Below are positions 52,532 through 64,000 of a stretch of 64,000 nucleotides of DNA, one piece after another. The notes beneath the pieces were generated by a model. It was not told the DNA's origin and searched no databases. It worked only from the letters and a program-made list of their open reading frames with translations. A program made the position numbers and the translations under genes. Location of the stretch: assembly GCA_951406725.2 (NCBI GenBank), contig OX597829.1, positions 32,488,001-32,552,000 on the forward strand. The letters run 5' to 3'. Source of the DNA: Octopus vulgaris (Eukaryota). Within the stretch, counting starts at the first letter, position 1. Each line of letters starts with the position of its first letter.

Positions 52532-53850
52532 CTAGCAGAATGCCTGGCGATGCTCGGGGCTGAATTGCTTGAAAGTACTATTAATGATTGCACTGAATTA
52601 TGATGATTATTCAGGCAAATATTGATATAAGTTTACGGTGGGAGATAAGGACTTAACGATCAAACGTGTGTCATTGCATTGTTTTGGGGGAACCAAATTT
52701 CTAATGAGCATTATAGGGGCACCAACTTTAAGTTTGAGAATGTGTGGTGGTAGTCCAGGGGTCTAAAAGGAATTGAGTACCTCTATTGGATAGTTGATGA
52801 CGTCCTCTAGATCAGGAGTTGTATCGATAGACTTATATACATAGACATCCCCAGGAATGAGTTTTAGCATTTCATCATTAATATGGTGAACAGTTTTATT
52901 CCTCGGGGCCAGAATAGCCCTTTGGCCAATCCAATCCCTATTCTGATAATTAGCTTGTAGATCTGGGAACGCTGCATCTCTGAGATCAGAAGGCGTTTTA
53001 ACAATGGTACAAATGGAATCGATGGCAATATTACCATTTTCATCCCCTGTTATTTTGCCTTCGCCAAGTGCAAGGAGGGTGTGAGAAAATGCTGCTGATG
53101 TGATATTACGTCGCATTTGAGCACGCATATTGGTGTGAAGTTTGAGAGTTTTCACCAGTGGCCACAAGGTGGATGACTTAAGACACGTACTTACTGCATC
53201 AGTTCTAGTCCCTTTGGGAATAACGGGAAGTGTTTGTCGGAAGTCCCCTGAAAGAAGAAGTGTTATGCCTCCCATGGGAGCTGAAGAGTGTTTGATGTCT
53301 CTGAGAGATCTATCTAGTGCCCCAAGAGCACCTCTGTGGGCCATCGTGCATTCAACCCAAACGATAAGCTTGCATCGTCTGAAGACTTCTGCCTGATCGG
53401 AGCTGTTACTGATGTTGCAAGTTGGTGTCTCAGTCTTCGCTAAATCAAGCGGAAGCTTGAAAGTGGAGTGAGCTGTCCTGCCGCCTGGCAACAAAGTAGC
53501 CGCAATTGCAGATGATGCCACAGCTAGGGCAATGCCTTGTGTTCGCCTAATCTCAGCCAATATTAATTTGTTGAGAAAAGTTTTCCCAGTGCCCCCAGGA
53601 GCGTCCAGGAAAAATATCCCCACAGCTTTGGCCCGGACTGAATTAACAACGGAGTTGTAAGCGAACTTCTGTTCTGGAAGGAGCTTTGGCTCATTGTCGG
53701 CTATGTACTCGGCAAGCTCGTCAACATTAAAACATATCTCACGCAGCAAATGTGAAGACAGAGTGTTTGTGCCTTCCCGGTTTGTTGAAGGTAGGCCATA
53801 GACCGGCAAGGCACTACTGCCCATATCAAGTACAGTATCTTCGAACGTAG
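52532..53850 (-). mobile_element. Helitron remnant: PIF1-family helicase region with an intact 3' terminus
   Basis: Minus strand ends GCCCCGAGCATCGCCAGGCATTCTG-CTAG|T (GC-rich subterminal hairpin remnant plus CTRR) inside (AT)n. Confidence 0.9.
52763..53824 (-). pseudogene. Helitron PIF1-like helicase ORF fragment (353 aa), probably inactive
   Basis: FFLDAPGGTGKT (Walker A), GGRTAHSTFKLP, LIVWVECTM (Walker B DE changed to VE), GDFRQTLPVI, RAILAPRN; after a premature stop the frame continues [21 protein letters not shown]; C-terminal helicase motifs and the Rep domain are absent. Confidence 0.92.
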
Positions 53851-54271
53851 TTTGTTACCACACAGCCACACCTGCCCCTATGTATGTGTGTGTGTGTGTG
53901 TACGTGTATGTGTATGGGTAGATATATTATGCATGTATATGCGTGTATATATATATGTACATATTACATGTACATCTCTCTCTATATATATACATCTACA
54001 CATAAAATACAAAATAGAAAGTTATATCTTGATATCGGTAATTATAACAATACTCAAAATATATAACAGACTGGAATTGTAGGACCGTCTCTTGCAATTT
54101 CGATCAATTGGATCTTGTCTTCCCTCTTGTATAGAAGTGTACGGCTGCAGCGAAATTCATTTTTGGACTTTCTTCTATCGAAGGAATTTTAACAAAAATG
54201 CTTCCGTAAAGACGGTGAAAATATTGTAAATTTCCCCAAACATTGACACAATTCAATTTTAAAACAATAAC

Positions 54272-54324
<53 letters not shown>

Positions 54325-54328
<4 letters not shown>

Positions 54329-54667
54329 CAACAATTGAGGGTAAAATTAATTAGTTATTAATCAATTTCACCAAGTATTCAGTATGTAAAAGGACCATTT
54401 TAGGCGAATTCAAAATATTACATTAATATAAAAGGGCTTAGTAAAATAAATTACTTTGCCACATACTGAACTCATTAGAAATAGCAGCCAAAAAAGTTTT
54501 TTAGCTATTTCTAATACTTAAAGAAAATTTCTCTCAGATAGTGTTTATTACTAAGCCCTTTTATATTAATGTAATATTTTGAATTCGCCTAAAATGGTCC
54601 TTTTACATACTGAATACTTGGTGAAATTGATTAATAACTAATTAATTTTACCCTCAATTGTTGAAAT
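54325..54667. repeat. Perfect 120-bp inverted repeat with a 103-bp spacer (foldback/MITE-like)
   Basis: 54325-54444 and 54548-54667 are exact reverse complements; spacer holds a nested 12-bp pair ATTAGAAATAGC / GCTATTTCTAAT. Confidence 0.93.
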
Positions 54668-54975
54668 TATAATTCATTTCTCTCTGTTTATTGCCTCGGT
54701 TTTCACCGCTAAAATATGGTGTTTGCTAGTTTAGCCCACGTGGGTGGAAAGGGAGAACAGGAATTCTTCGCTTGCATATTTTGAATTTGTTGGCACTGTC
54801 AGTTTGAGCGGGTCGTCTGAGGTGTTAAGTCGCCAAAAGGGTATGTTCCTACTTTCAGTGTTTCCAAATCCAAATTAAGAAATTTTGGGCTGACGAAAGA
54901 AATGTCGAATTTTATTTGGCTGATCTAGAAACGTAACGTTCTCAAATAATCTTTGCACTTGTGATTTTTTAATGA

Positions 54976-55422
54976 TCAACGTGTGGTAGGCCTCCGCTTC
55001 CTCGACGAAATCTCACTCTGCAGGATATTCATATATAGATTTTCAAGCAAAATACATTTGCTGATTTCGAAAATCTGTTCGACAGCAATAATAATTCTCT
55101 AAAAGAGATATAGACAGTAACTGCTCGATAACATAAGGGACTAAAGCCATCTGAATATGGCTAGGGACAGGGCAGGGTGGTGAGATTTCGTCGAGGAAGC
55201 GGAGGCCTACCACACGTTGACGATAGGCAATACACCTTGAAACCATGGTCCGTGTGTGGTTTCCGCTTCATCGGGGAATTATCTCCCTTTGCAGGTTAAA
55301 GGACACCGTGATGGTGTCAAGCCTATCTAGCGACGTCGATGTTCGCCTGGGGCTAAATGCAACAGTAACACCCCCACCACCCTGCCCTGTCCCTAGCCAT
55401 ATTCAGATGGCTTTAGTCCCTT

Positions 55423-55427
<5 letters not shown>
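54976..55427. repeat. Two interleaved perfect inverted repeats (41 bp and 53 bp)
   Basis: 54976-55016 pairs with 55180-55220; 55130-55182 pairs with 55375-55427. Confidence 0.9.
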
Positions 55428-55487
<60 letters not shown>

Positions 55488-56149
55488 TTATATGTAGACT
55501 TATACATACACGCACATAAACATATATAGAGATATAGACATACAAGAGACAAAGCAAATAGAAAAGAAAGTGCGAAGAAAAGTGTTGATATGTCAGAAAC
55601 TATTACGATATGAATTATAGCTTTCTGATTTTTGTTGTTGTTGTTGCTGTTGCTGTTATTGCTTTTATCAACACTGCTCTCTCTCTCTTACCACCTCAAA
55701 CCCCCACCATGTCTCTTCTAGTCATCAAGTGTCATATAAGTGACAACTTTTATTGATGGATGACTGTACGTGTTATGGAGTTAAAGACTGGGACATTTAT
55801 ATCCTCATTGATAGTAAGCTGTTCTTATACACTCGTTGAGGAAGCAAATTAACGAAAAGCGATGGGGTACCGAACATAATGACATGGTATTTATTTCAGT
55901 CTCCTCTTGTACTTCGTTCAGCTCCCATCAGGGAATAGTGCCGGGTTGGGGTTGTCGGTGGGTTTTTTTGTTTTAAGTTTAATTTTTTTTCTTGCCGAAT
56001 CATTAGTGTCGGATAAAATGCCCAGCGACATTTACATTGCAAGTTCAAATCCAGCCCGGTTTGGATTTTCCTATTTTTATATTCTTTTCTGAAGGTCGAT
56101 ATAATAGACTTGTAATAAGTACAGACGTAGAATATGATATTCAGTTAGG

Positions 56150-56420
56150 GGCAGGCATGGCTGTGTGGTTAGACAGCTCGCATTACTACCACATGGTTTC
56201 GAGTTCAGTGCCACTGTATACCCCTCACTGTGTGTCTTACCCCCAACTGGCAGTGGTTTGCTTACGTCCCCTGTAACTTAGTGGTTCGGCAAAAGAAGCC
56301 AATAAATCAAGTACCAGACTTAAAATAAGTACTGGGATCGATTTGTTGGTTGACGAAATTTTTCAAGGTAGTGCACCAACATGGCCGTAGTCCTGAAGCA
56401 AGATAAGCTGAAAGATAAGC
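56150..56420 (+). mobile_element. SINE family A copy with an internal deletion
   Basis: GGCAGGCATGGCTGTGTGGTTAG..CCACATGGTTTCGAGTTCAGT..AACTTAGTGGTTCGGCAAAAG. Confidence 0.8.
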
Positions 56421-57434
56421 ATATTCTTACGTTATAAAAGAATATTAAAAAGATCTCTGACAATTAAATAGACTTCAACGAAGGAGCCTCTGTGTAGTCA
56501 GAGAGAGCGGCTAAATTTTCCCCAGATTATACTACACATGCCAGCATCTTAAGAACACGACTTATTAGTTAAAGTAGTTCATGTCATACACCCTAAAAAA
56601 AAAAAATAAATAAAAAACTAATGCGTGACATCTTACTCAAGTGCATTTTCCATAGCTTCGATTCGACTCAATCCTTTGGAGCTGAAACTGGATAGATAAA
56701 AACCCAGATAGAAAGAATCTCGTAGGATCGACTGCACCCATAATTCAAATGTTCAGCGTTGTAAGACTTGTGTCACAATGATCTTCACTTCTAGACTGGT
56801 ACTTTATTTTATCGATTCCAAGAGAATAAAAGACAAACTCAACCCCCGACGGGAATTGAAAAGCAGAAAGTAAAGAGATGAAATTAAATACCACGAGGTT
56901 AGCATTTCGACTGCTGATCTGTCTGTTAGACTTGACCTAACAGCATTGATAATAATAATAATAATAATAATAACAGAGATGGATTCCTATATCTTTTTCC
57001 ATGTATGAGTATCTACTTCTTCAATCAACCAGACTGAAGAAGTCAAAATTTTAACCTGTTAGATGAAGGGTCAACGCTCAATATACCAGAATCTATGAGC
57101 TTCACTGTGTAATTTTTGCTGACTCAGACCCACACCAGTTTGTTTACTCGAACTCCGTTATTTTTTACGCGTCGTATAATAGTGTTCTGCTTGTCACGAC
57201 GCGTGTTCGAGTATTACGTGTTTTTTATGGATCGAAACTAAAGATGTATAACTGAAATTTTTAACATAATGAAACAATCTGGAGTGCTATGTTTTAAACA
57301 GTCTTAACTAGGGAGTAATACCAAAGATATAATCGAAATCTTTAGATACAACGAAACTATGTTCTAGTGTAACATTTTTCAGTAACGTTAACTATGGGAC
57401 GAAATTAGAGTTATAAACGATATTCTTAACATAA

Positions 57435-57650
57435 TGGTTTCTAATTTAGGCACAAGGCCAGCAACTTTTAAGAAACAGAGTCAGTCAATATTATTGACAT
57501 AAGTTCTTAGACTGGTACTTTATTTTATCGACTCAAAAAGGATGAAAGGTAAAATTGATCTTGGTGGGATTTGAATTCAAAATGTAAAGAATCAGAAGTA
57601 ATTCTGTAAAGGATTTTTCTGATGGTCTAACGTCCTCTCCCTCAAAGCAT
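57435..57650 (-). mobile_element. SINE family B copy
   Basis: GACTGGTACTTTATTTTATCGACTCAAAAAGGATGAAAGGTAAA. Confidence 0.75.
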
Positions 57651-57734
57651 TTAATGATTTCTTATTTAGGCACAAAACCACTAATATTAAGAAGGAGTAA
57701 ATCGATATCATTCACCCTGGTAGTTGAAATAATA

Positions 57735-58247
57735 AATAAATGCACCCTTTTAAAGCCTAGCCAGGCTCATGGGCCCGACTTCCCGCTTTCTATGGCGTAT
57801 GTGTTCCCCTCAGCTGGACGAGACGCCAGTCCATCGCGGCGTTACTCATTTTTGCCTGCTGAGTGGACTGGAGCAACGTGAAATGAAGTGTTTTGCTCAA
57901 GAACACAATGCATTGCCCGGTTCAGAAATCGAAACCACAATCTTACGATTACGATACTGACACCCTAACCATTAAGCCACGCGCCTCCACAAATAAATGT
58001 GCCCTTTTAAAGCCTAGCTAGTCTCATGGGCCCGGTTTCCTGCTTTCTATTGCGTATGTGTTCCCCTCAGCTGGACGGGACGCCAGTCCATCGCAGCGTT
58101 ACTCATTTTTGCCAGCTGAGTGGACTGGGGCAACGTGAAAGGAAGTGTTTTGCTCAAGAACACAACACGCCACCCGGTCCAGGAATCGAAACCACAATCT
58201 TACGATTACGATGCTGACACCCTAACCACTAAGCCACGCGCCTCCAC
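57735..58247 (-). mobile_element. Head-to-tail dimer of SINE family D
   Basis: Two ~256-bp units (57735-57990, 57991-58247), each starting GTGGAGGCGCGTGGCTTA(A/G)TGGTTAGGG on the minus strand, with box B GTTTCGATT and CORE-like TGTGTTCTTGAGCAAAACACTT. Confidence 0.9.
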
Positions 58248-58919
58248 AAGTGTATTTATAAACGTGGAATTTTCAGGTTGTCTTAAAGTATTCTTAAAAA
58301 GAAAACCGTTATGTTTCAATTGTAGTGAAAGAACAATACAAGTTGATATAAACATCCAAATGGATATCGCCCAAATATGTCTGCTGCTATTATTTTTGTA
58401 TTCACAAAGTAGCTTTCTGTTTAGTTATGTTCAGGTACTTCCGCTTCTACAAAATGTCTACATAGACAATAAAAAAAGAATAAGATGACCTTTTTATATC
58501 AATTTATATCTTACATATTCTTATTTATTTTCCTTATTCACTAGGCACGTTGCCAATGGTTGCAGGTAGTAAGTGTACAGCATAACACTGTAAACAAGTT
58601 CGCTTTGCAATCACGTGGTACTTAGACGTATTAGTAGTTTTTGTTGGTGGCGGTGATGACGACTACGATGACGTCGTCGATAATAATAGTGGTGGTGATC
58701 ATGATGGCGATGACGATGATAATGATTTCTTACACAAGTACATCATCAGGATTTTCTTGTAGAGAGAGAGAGAGGGTGGGGAACGACAGTCGATTGTGTA
58801 GAATTTTATCTCTAGAGACTACGCTGAGTCAAAATACTCAGTCGACCTCAGATGGGTTTGAAATCAGAGCAGAAGAAGTGGAACTAAATACAACAGGAAA
58901 TTTTCGTTTGACACCGTCA

Positions 58920-59330
58920 CGAAGAAGAAGAAGAAGAAGAAGAAGAAGAAGAAGAAGAAGAAGAAGAAGAAGAAGAAGAAGAAGAAGAAGAAGAAGGAGG
59001 AGGAGGAGGATGAGAAGAAGAAGAAGGAGGAGGAGGATGAGAAGAAGAAGAAGGAGGAGGAGGAGGATGAGAAGAAGAAGGAGGAAGAGGAGGAGGAGGA
59101 GGAGGAGGAGAAGAAGAAGGAGGGGGAGGAGGAGGATGAGAAGAAGAAGAAGAAGGAGGAGGAGGAGGAGGAGGAGGAGGAGGAGGAGAAGAAGAAGAAG
59201 AGAGGAGGAGGAGGAGGAGAAGAAGAAGAAGAAGGAGGAGGAGGAGGAGAAGAAGAAGAAGAAGAAGAAGAAGAAGAAGAAGAAGAAGAAGAAGAAGAAG
59301 AAGAAGAAGAAGAAGAAGAAGAAGAAGAAA
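58920..59330. repeat. (GAA)n/(GGA)n purine-rich trinucleotide array
   Basis: About 410 bp almost free of pyrimidines; source of the poly-R/K/E ORF. Confidence 0.96.
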
Positions 59331-59949
59331 CACCATAATGTAATATAAGTTACGGAAACGGTGTGTGATGTATTTCTCACAAAAGACCATTGTTTACATC
59401 ATGTCTGTTTTGGTTTGGGTATTTCTCTCACAGAACATCTCGGATGACAGCTACAAGGATACGAAATAGGGTCTCATCGAGTTCTGTCTGCAAACTCGTT
59501 AACATTTCCGGTTGCGGTCATTTCTATACTTTCTCTGTTATCTTCCCCCCCCCCCCAAGTTAAGTAATTAAAACAAAAAAGTGGGTCAATTTGTTTTTTT
59601 TTTCTTTTTGGAGAAGATAGTAGGTAGGCCTAAAATGTCTCCCAGTTTACCATCATCAGCGCTGCCACCACCCACTGCCACCAGCTGTTCCTTGGGTGCC
59701 TTTTTTTTTTTTTTTTTTTTTGAAAGGCTCCCAATTTGCTGCATGCATTCGAAATACCGGTTCCTCTCACTGCAACCTCGTCTACCTCTTACTACAGACA
59801 TTGACCTGAATATGTTAAAACTGAAATCCAGCATCGACATCAATTATTACCACTCTGAGTGTGAGACCTGCTGGTCACCCTTATGCGTCCTCCAACTCTA
59901 CTTCCTTTTCTTCCTCCTTCCTTCTCCCTTCCCTAATGTAAAATAAACA

Positions 59950-60378
59950 ATCCTTTCTAAGATAAACAGAAAACCAGAAATCTGGAGAGAGGGATTAGTC
60001 GATTACACCGAGCCCAGTTCTTCATTGATTCATTAGTTCATCGACCCCGCTGAGACGAGAGGCAAAAATGAACTCAACAAAATATGAACTCAGGCTACAA
60101 AGAATCGAAAAAAATACGGCAATTCATCACTCTCAACCACACTTATACTACAACAATAACAATATTCCTTTTTACTATAGGTACAAGGCCTGGAATTTGT
60201 GTGGAGGGGACCAGTCGATTACATCAACCCCGGTGTTTCACTGGTACTTCATTTATCGACCCCGAAAGGATGAAAAGCAAAGTCGACCTTGGCGGAATTT
60301 GAACTCAGAATGTAAAGATGGATGAAATACCACTAAGCTTTTTTCTCAGTTTGCTAATGATTCTGCCAGCTTGCTATC

Positions 60379-60446
<68 letters not shown>

Positions 60447-60579
60447 CGTTTCTACTAAAGGTACAAGACCTGAAATTTTGGGAGAGGGAATAGTATGATT
60501 ACATCGATCCCAGTACTCAACTGGTACTTAATTTATCGATCCCGAAATGATGAAAGGCAAAGTCAACCTTGGTGGAATT

Positions 60580-60637
<58 letters not shown>

Positions 60638-60892
60638 TAATAATAATAATAATGATAATAATAACAACAACAATAATGATGATTTTAAATTTTTGCCACA
60701 AGGGCAACGTGGGGTAAGGAATTAAGTCGATGTAATTGACCCCAGTGCGTAAATGGTACTTATTTAATCGACCCCGAAATAATGAAGAGCAAAGTCGACC
60801 TCGGCGGAATTTGAACTCAGAACGTAGCGACAAACGAAATACTGCTAAGCATTTCGCCCGGCGCGCTAACGATTCTGCCAACTTGCCGCCTT
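59950..60892 (-). mobile_element. Cluster of four same-orientation SINE family B copies, mostly separated by (AAT)n
   Basis: Copies at about 59950-60130, 60165-60380, 60448-60582 and 60683-60892. Confidence 0.87.
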
Positions 60893-60908
60893 ATATTATA
60901 AAAATAAC

Positions 60909-60998
<90 letters not shown>

Positions 60999-61099
60999 AA
61001 GCTGTTGTAGTAGTAGTAGTAGTAGTAGTAGTAGCAGCAGCAGCAGCAATATCCATTCGGTAAATATCAACACTACAACATAAAAAAAAAAAACTAACA

Positions 61100-61545
61100 A
61101 GAAACGGTATAAACGTGTGCTAAACAAGGTACATGATAACGACCAGGCCACAATCATTTGAGCTATACCTGTTCAAACCGACAAACGAATAAAATTTAAT
61201 CGCCCAGAGATAATAATCAAGGATTGGGTGGGGGTGGGGATGATAAATAAATAAAAATAGACTTGCTTACTAATAGACGTTGCGGTTCCTTCTGATCAAA
61301 ATATTGCTCAAAAGAAGTGAAGAAATTGTCTAAGTGCAAAAACCTTGAAATTGAAGTATTAAAGATGTGGGTATGAAAGTGAAAAGAATACCAGTTGTAA
61401 TTGGAATTTTGGGCATGATTTTAAAAGAAACGTATAACCAGAAGCGTAGAATATATACCTGTATCCTCAACTCTACACATTATTCAAAAGATAACCCTGC
61501 TAGGAACAGCCCACATCCTACGCAAGAACACTATCAATTCAATAA
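61100..61545 (+). mobile_element. R4/Dong-clade endonuclease 3' end
   Basis: PVQTDKRIKFNRPEIIIKD, TCLLIDVAVPSDQNI, KLSKCKNLEIEVLKMW, IPVVIGILGMI, QKITLLGTAHILR. Confidence 0.87.
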
Positions 61546-61934
61546 TACGACCCAAATATGACAATCCAGAAACACAACACACACTCTGTACAGTAAATGT
61601 CTAATGAAATAAAGAACTTCCGCAACATGTATTCTACATGGTCGGATATCCAACAGAAGAACAAAACTCACGTTACACACGCAGCACACAATATAAACAC
61701 TAATACAGCAAAAGACGCAAGCCAAACCCCATAACAAAACATATTTATTCAATGCAATATCAGGAAGAGTTTGTACTCCCACTATCTCAAAAAAAAAAAA
61801 AAAGAAAGAAAGAAAAAAACTCCAAGAACACACTAGTACGGAGTTGTAATATGTGATGCAGCAGAAATTTGCCTGAAACTATCAAATGTCGAATAACAAC
61901 GGTATAATAGTAGTAGTAGTAGTAGTAGTAGCAG

Positions 61935-61987
<53 letters not shown>

Positions 61988-62518
61988 TCGCTTTGGTCGC
62001 ACGCAGGTTAATTCGACTCGCGAGGTTTGTCAATTTTTGCAGGAATAAATTTTTGCCGGAAATATTTTGTTGAATAGTTTATTTAAGAAAGCCTGCTTCA
62101 ATGGGTGAAGAGTTGGGGACCGCCAAATTGTACCCCAAAGGATATAATTGTTGTAATATTTATACGCTTTCGTCTGGTATTGTTTTCCGAGCATCGTTAA
62201 TGCCCACATATTGTTTCGATGAGGTGGTAGCAGAAAGGTCTCATGGCGTTACCAGCTTATTAGAGAGCGGAAGCTCGACAACAACAACAACAACAACAAC
62301 AACAACGACGACGACGACGGCGATGACAACAACAGCAATAACAACATTAACAACGTGAGGTGCACTGAAAAGGAGGAGAAACTTCTGTTATGACGATTCA
62401 AAGTCCAACTGCTATAGCGGCAAACGAATATAGCAATATCAATAACAAGAGCATCAGCAGTAACAGGAGCAGCAATAATAACAATGGCAAAAGTAACCAC
62501 TTAACAATAACAACAGCA

Positions 62519-62917
62519 GGAGGTGCAATGGCCCAGTGGTTAGGGCAGCGGACTCGCGGTCATAGGATCGCGGTTTCGATTCCCAGACCGGGCGTTGTGA
62601 GTGTTTATTGAGCGAAAATACCTAAAAGCTCCACGAGGCTCCGGCTCCAGGGGATGGTGGTGATCCCTGCTGTACTCTTTCACCACAACTTTCTCTCACT
62701 CTTACTTCCTGTTTCTGTTGTACCTGTATTTCAAGGAGCCGGCCTTGTCACTCTCAGCGTCTCTGTGTGACGCTGAATATCCCCGAGAACTGCATTAGGG
62801 GTGCACGTGTCTGTGGAGTCTCGGCCACTTGCACGTTAATTTCACGAGCAGGCTGTTCCGTTGATTCGGATCAACCGGAACCCTCATCGTCGTAACCGAC
62901 GGAGTGCTTCCAACAAC
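62519..62917 (+). mobile_element. tRNA-Arg-like SINE family C, full length
   Basis: GGAGGTGCAATGGCCCAGTGGTTAGGGCAGCGGACTCGCGGTCATAGGATCGCGGTTTCGATTCCC (boxes A and B); ends in a CAA/CAG repeat. Confidence 0.9.
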
Positions 62918-63029
62918 AGCAGCAGAGCAGCAGCCGAAGTGGTGGTTGTAGCAACAACGATGATCAAAACAACTACAGCGGCAGCAGCAGCAACAGAAAC
63001 CGCAATAACATCAATAACGAAAACGACAA

Positions 63030-63650
63030 AGTAATGGGGACAACGTCATGTACAGACATCCTTTTGTAGGGACTGCTGCAAGATCAATGCAGTTTTTCTC
63101 GCTCTCACTAAGCGATAAGGAGCAACGTTTCACGGAAGCGAAGCAACTTTTAAAGCTGACACCAGTTGAAATCTTGACAGCAACTTCCCGTATTGTTGCG
63201 CATTGACTGAAACCCATCGTGAAAGAAGCCTTTAAATATTATGGGTGGACATAGATTATGTATCGAAAGCAAGGAAGTTCAGGAGCGTAGAGAGCCTCTT
63301 CAAGAGCAAAGCGCTTAAATTGAAGCGTTCGGTGGCTTCTATAAGCAACAGGAAATTCCCCCTCTAACCAAACTATTTGGGGAGTTGAACTTGTCACGTT
63401 AAGATGGAGTTTGACCTGGGTTAGACTTTAAGATGTTACTGGCATGTGTTATTCTCAAGTGCAGTGGAACCATTCTCGAAGTGATGCGAACAGAGAGAGA
63501 CCGCAGTAGAGATCCTCCTTTAAATCAAATCGGACGAAACAGAAAAGATTCAAGGCCTAACGCAATAGAGCTGTGAGTTGCGGTTAAGAGCAGAGGGCCA
63601 AGATATTTATGAGAAAGGAACACTTACTATGTTGTACTTGGTGAGAAAGA
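63030..63650 (-). mobile_element. Possible highly decayed Penelope-like element, N-terminal region
   Basis: Weak colinear remnants (LREWFH, FNLS, GCLYM), plus a same-strand KQYVGI (GIY-YIG-like) near 62200; many stops and frameshifts. Confidence 0.3.
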
Positions 63651-63837
63651 TAACTCGGGATCTGTAGGGTTCCTTAATCACCCCTTCGTGGCGCTCCCAC
63701 CGTTACGGGGAATTTTATTGTTATAATTTTGTTATTGCTTTTCTATTGTTTACACGTAGTTTTATGTAAATCCCCACTGACCTCTGTTTTGTGTGCGGCC
63801 TTTGTGGCCAATAAAGAAAAAAAGTATTCTTGTTGTT

Positions 63838-63848
63838 GTTGATGATGG

Positions 63849-63913
<65 letters not shown>

Positions 63914-63944
63914 TTGATGGTGATGATGATGATGATGTTGATGG

Positions 63945-63994
<50 letters not shown>

Positions 63995-64000
63995 TTGATG
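63838..64000. repeat. (GAT)n microsatellite
   Basis: Direct reading of the sequence. Confidence 0.96.

Noticed and set aside
57230-57435. ~88-bp degenerate repeats (and GAAATTCATCTATC x3 at 9907-9959) as a CRISPR-like array
   Set aside because: Ordinary minisatellite-type duplications in eukaryotic DNA; no unique spacers or cas genes.
58641-59390. Protamine-like poly-R/K ORF
   Set aside because: Arises from a (GAA)/(GGA) array open in several frames on both strands.
62519-62595. tRNA gene calls at SINE heads (also 39380, 45155, 58247)
   Set aside because: They continue into SINE bodies, are multi-copy and lack a proper acceptor stem.

Overview
AT-rich, repeat-saturated animal genomic DNA, most likely from an octopus (inferred from the tRNA-derived SINE families and the microsatellite load). 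Nearly all ORFs in the supplied track are microsatellite artefacts. Two spliced minus-strand host exons are not delineated by the track (34443-34647 appears only inside an unspliced ORF; 26561-26681 is shown only in another frame). They join in frame and resemble the N-terminus and first transmembrane helix of an otopetrin proton channel, so most of the window is probably intronic. Mobile DNA includes three or four SINE families, many R4/Dong-type LINE fragments tied to (TAA)n arrays, RTE and L1/Tx1 fragments, a Helitron PIF1 helicase remnant with an intact 3' end, hAT and Tc1 transposase remnants, and MITEs. The least expected signal is a set of Penelope-type minimal hammerhead ribozyme motifs (one apparently intact at 38805-38861, one buried in a ~370-bp palindrome) plus many long near-perfect inverted repeats. 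All calls are by eye; no searches were run.
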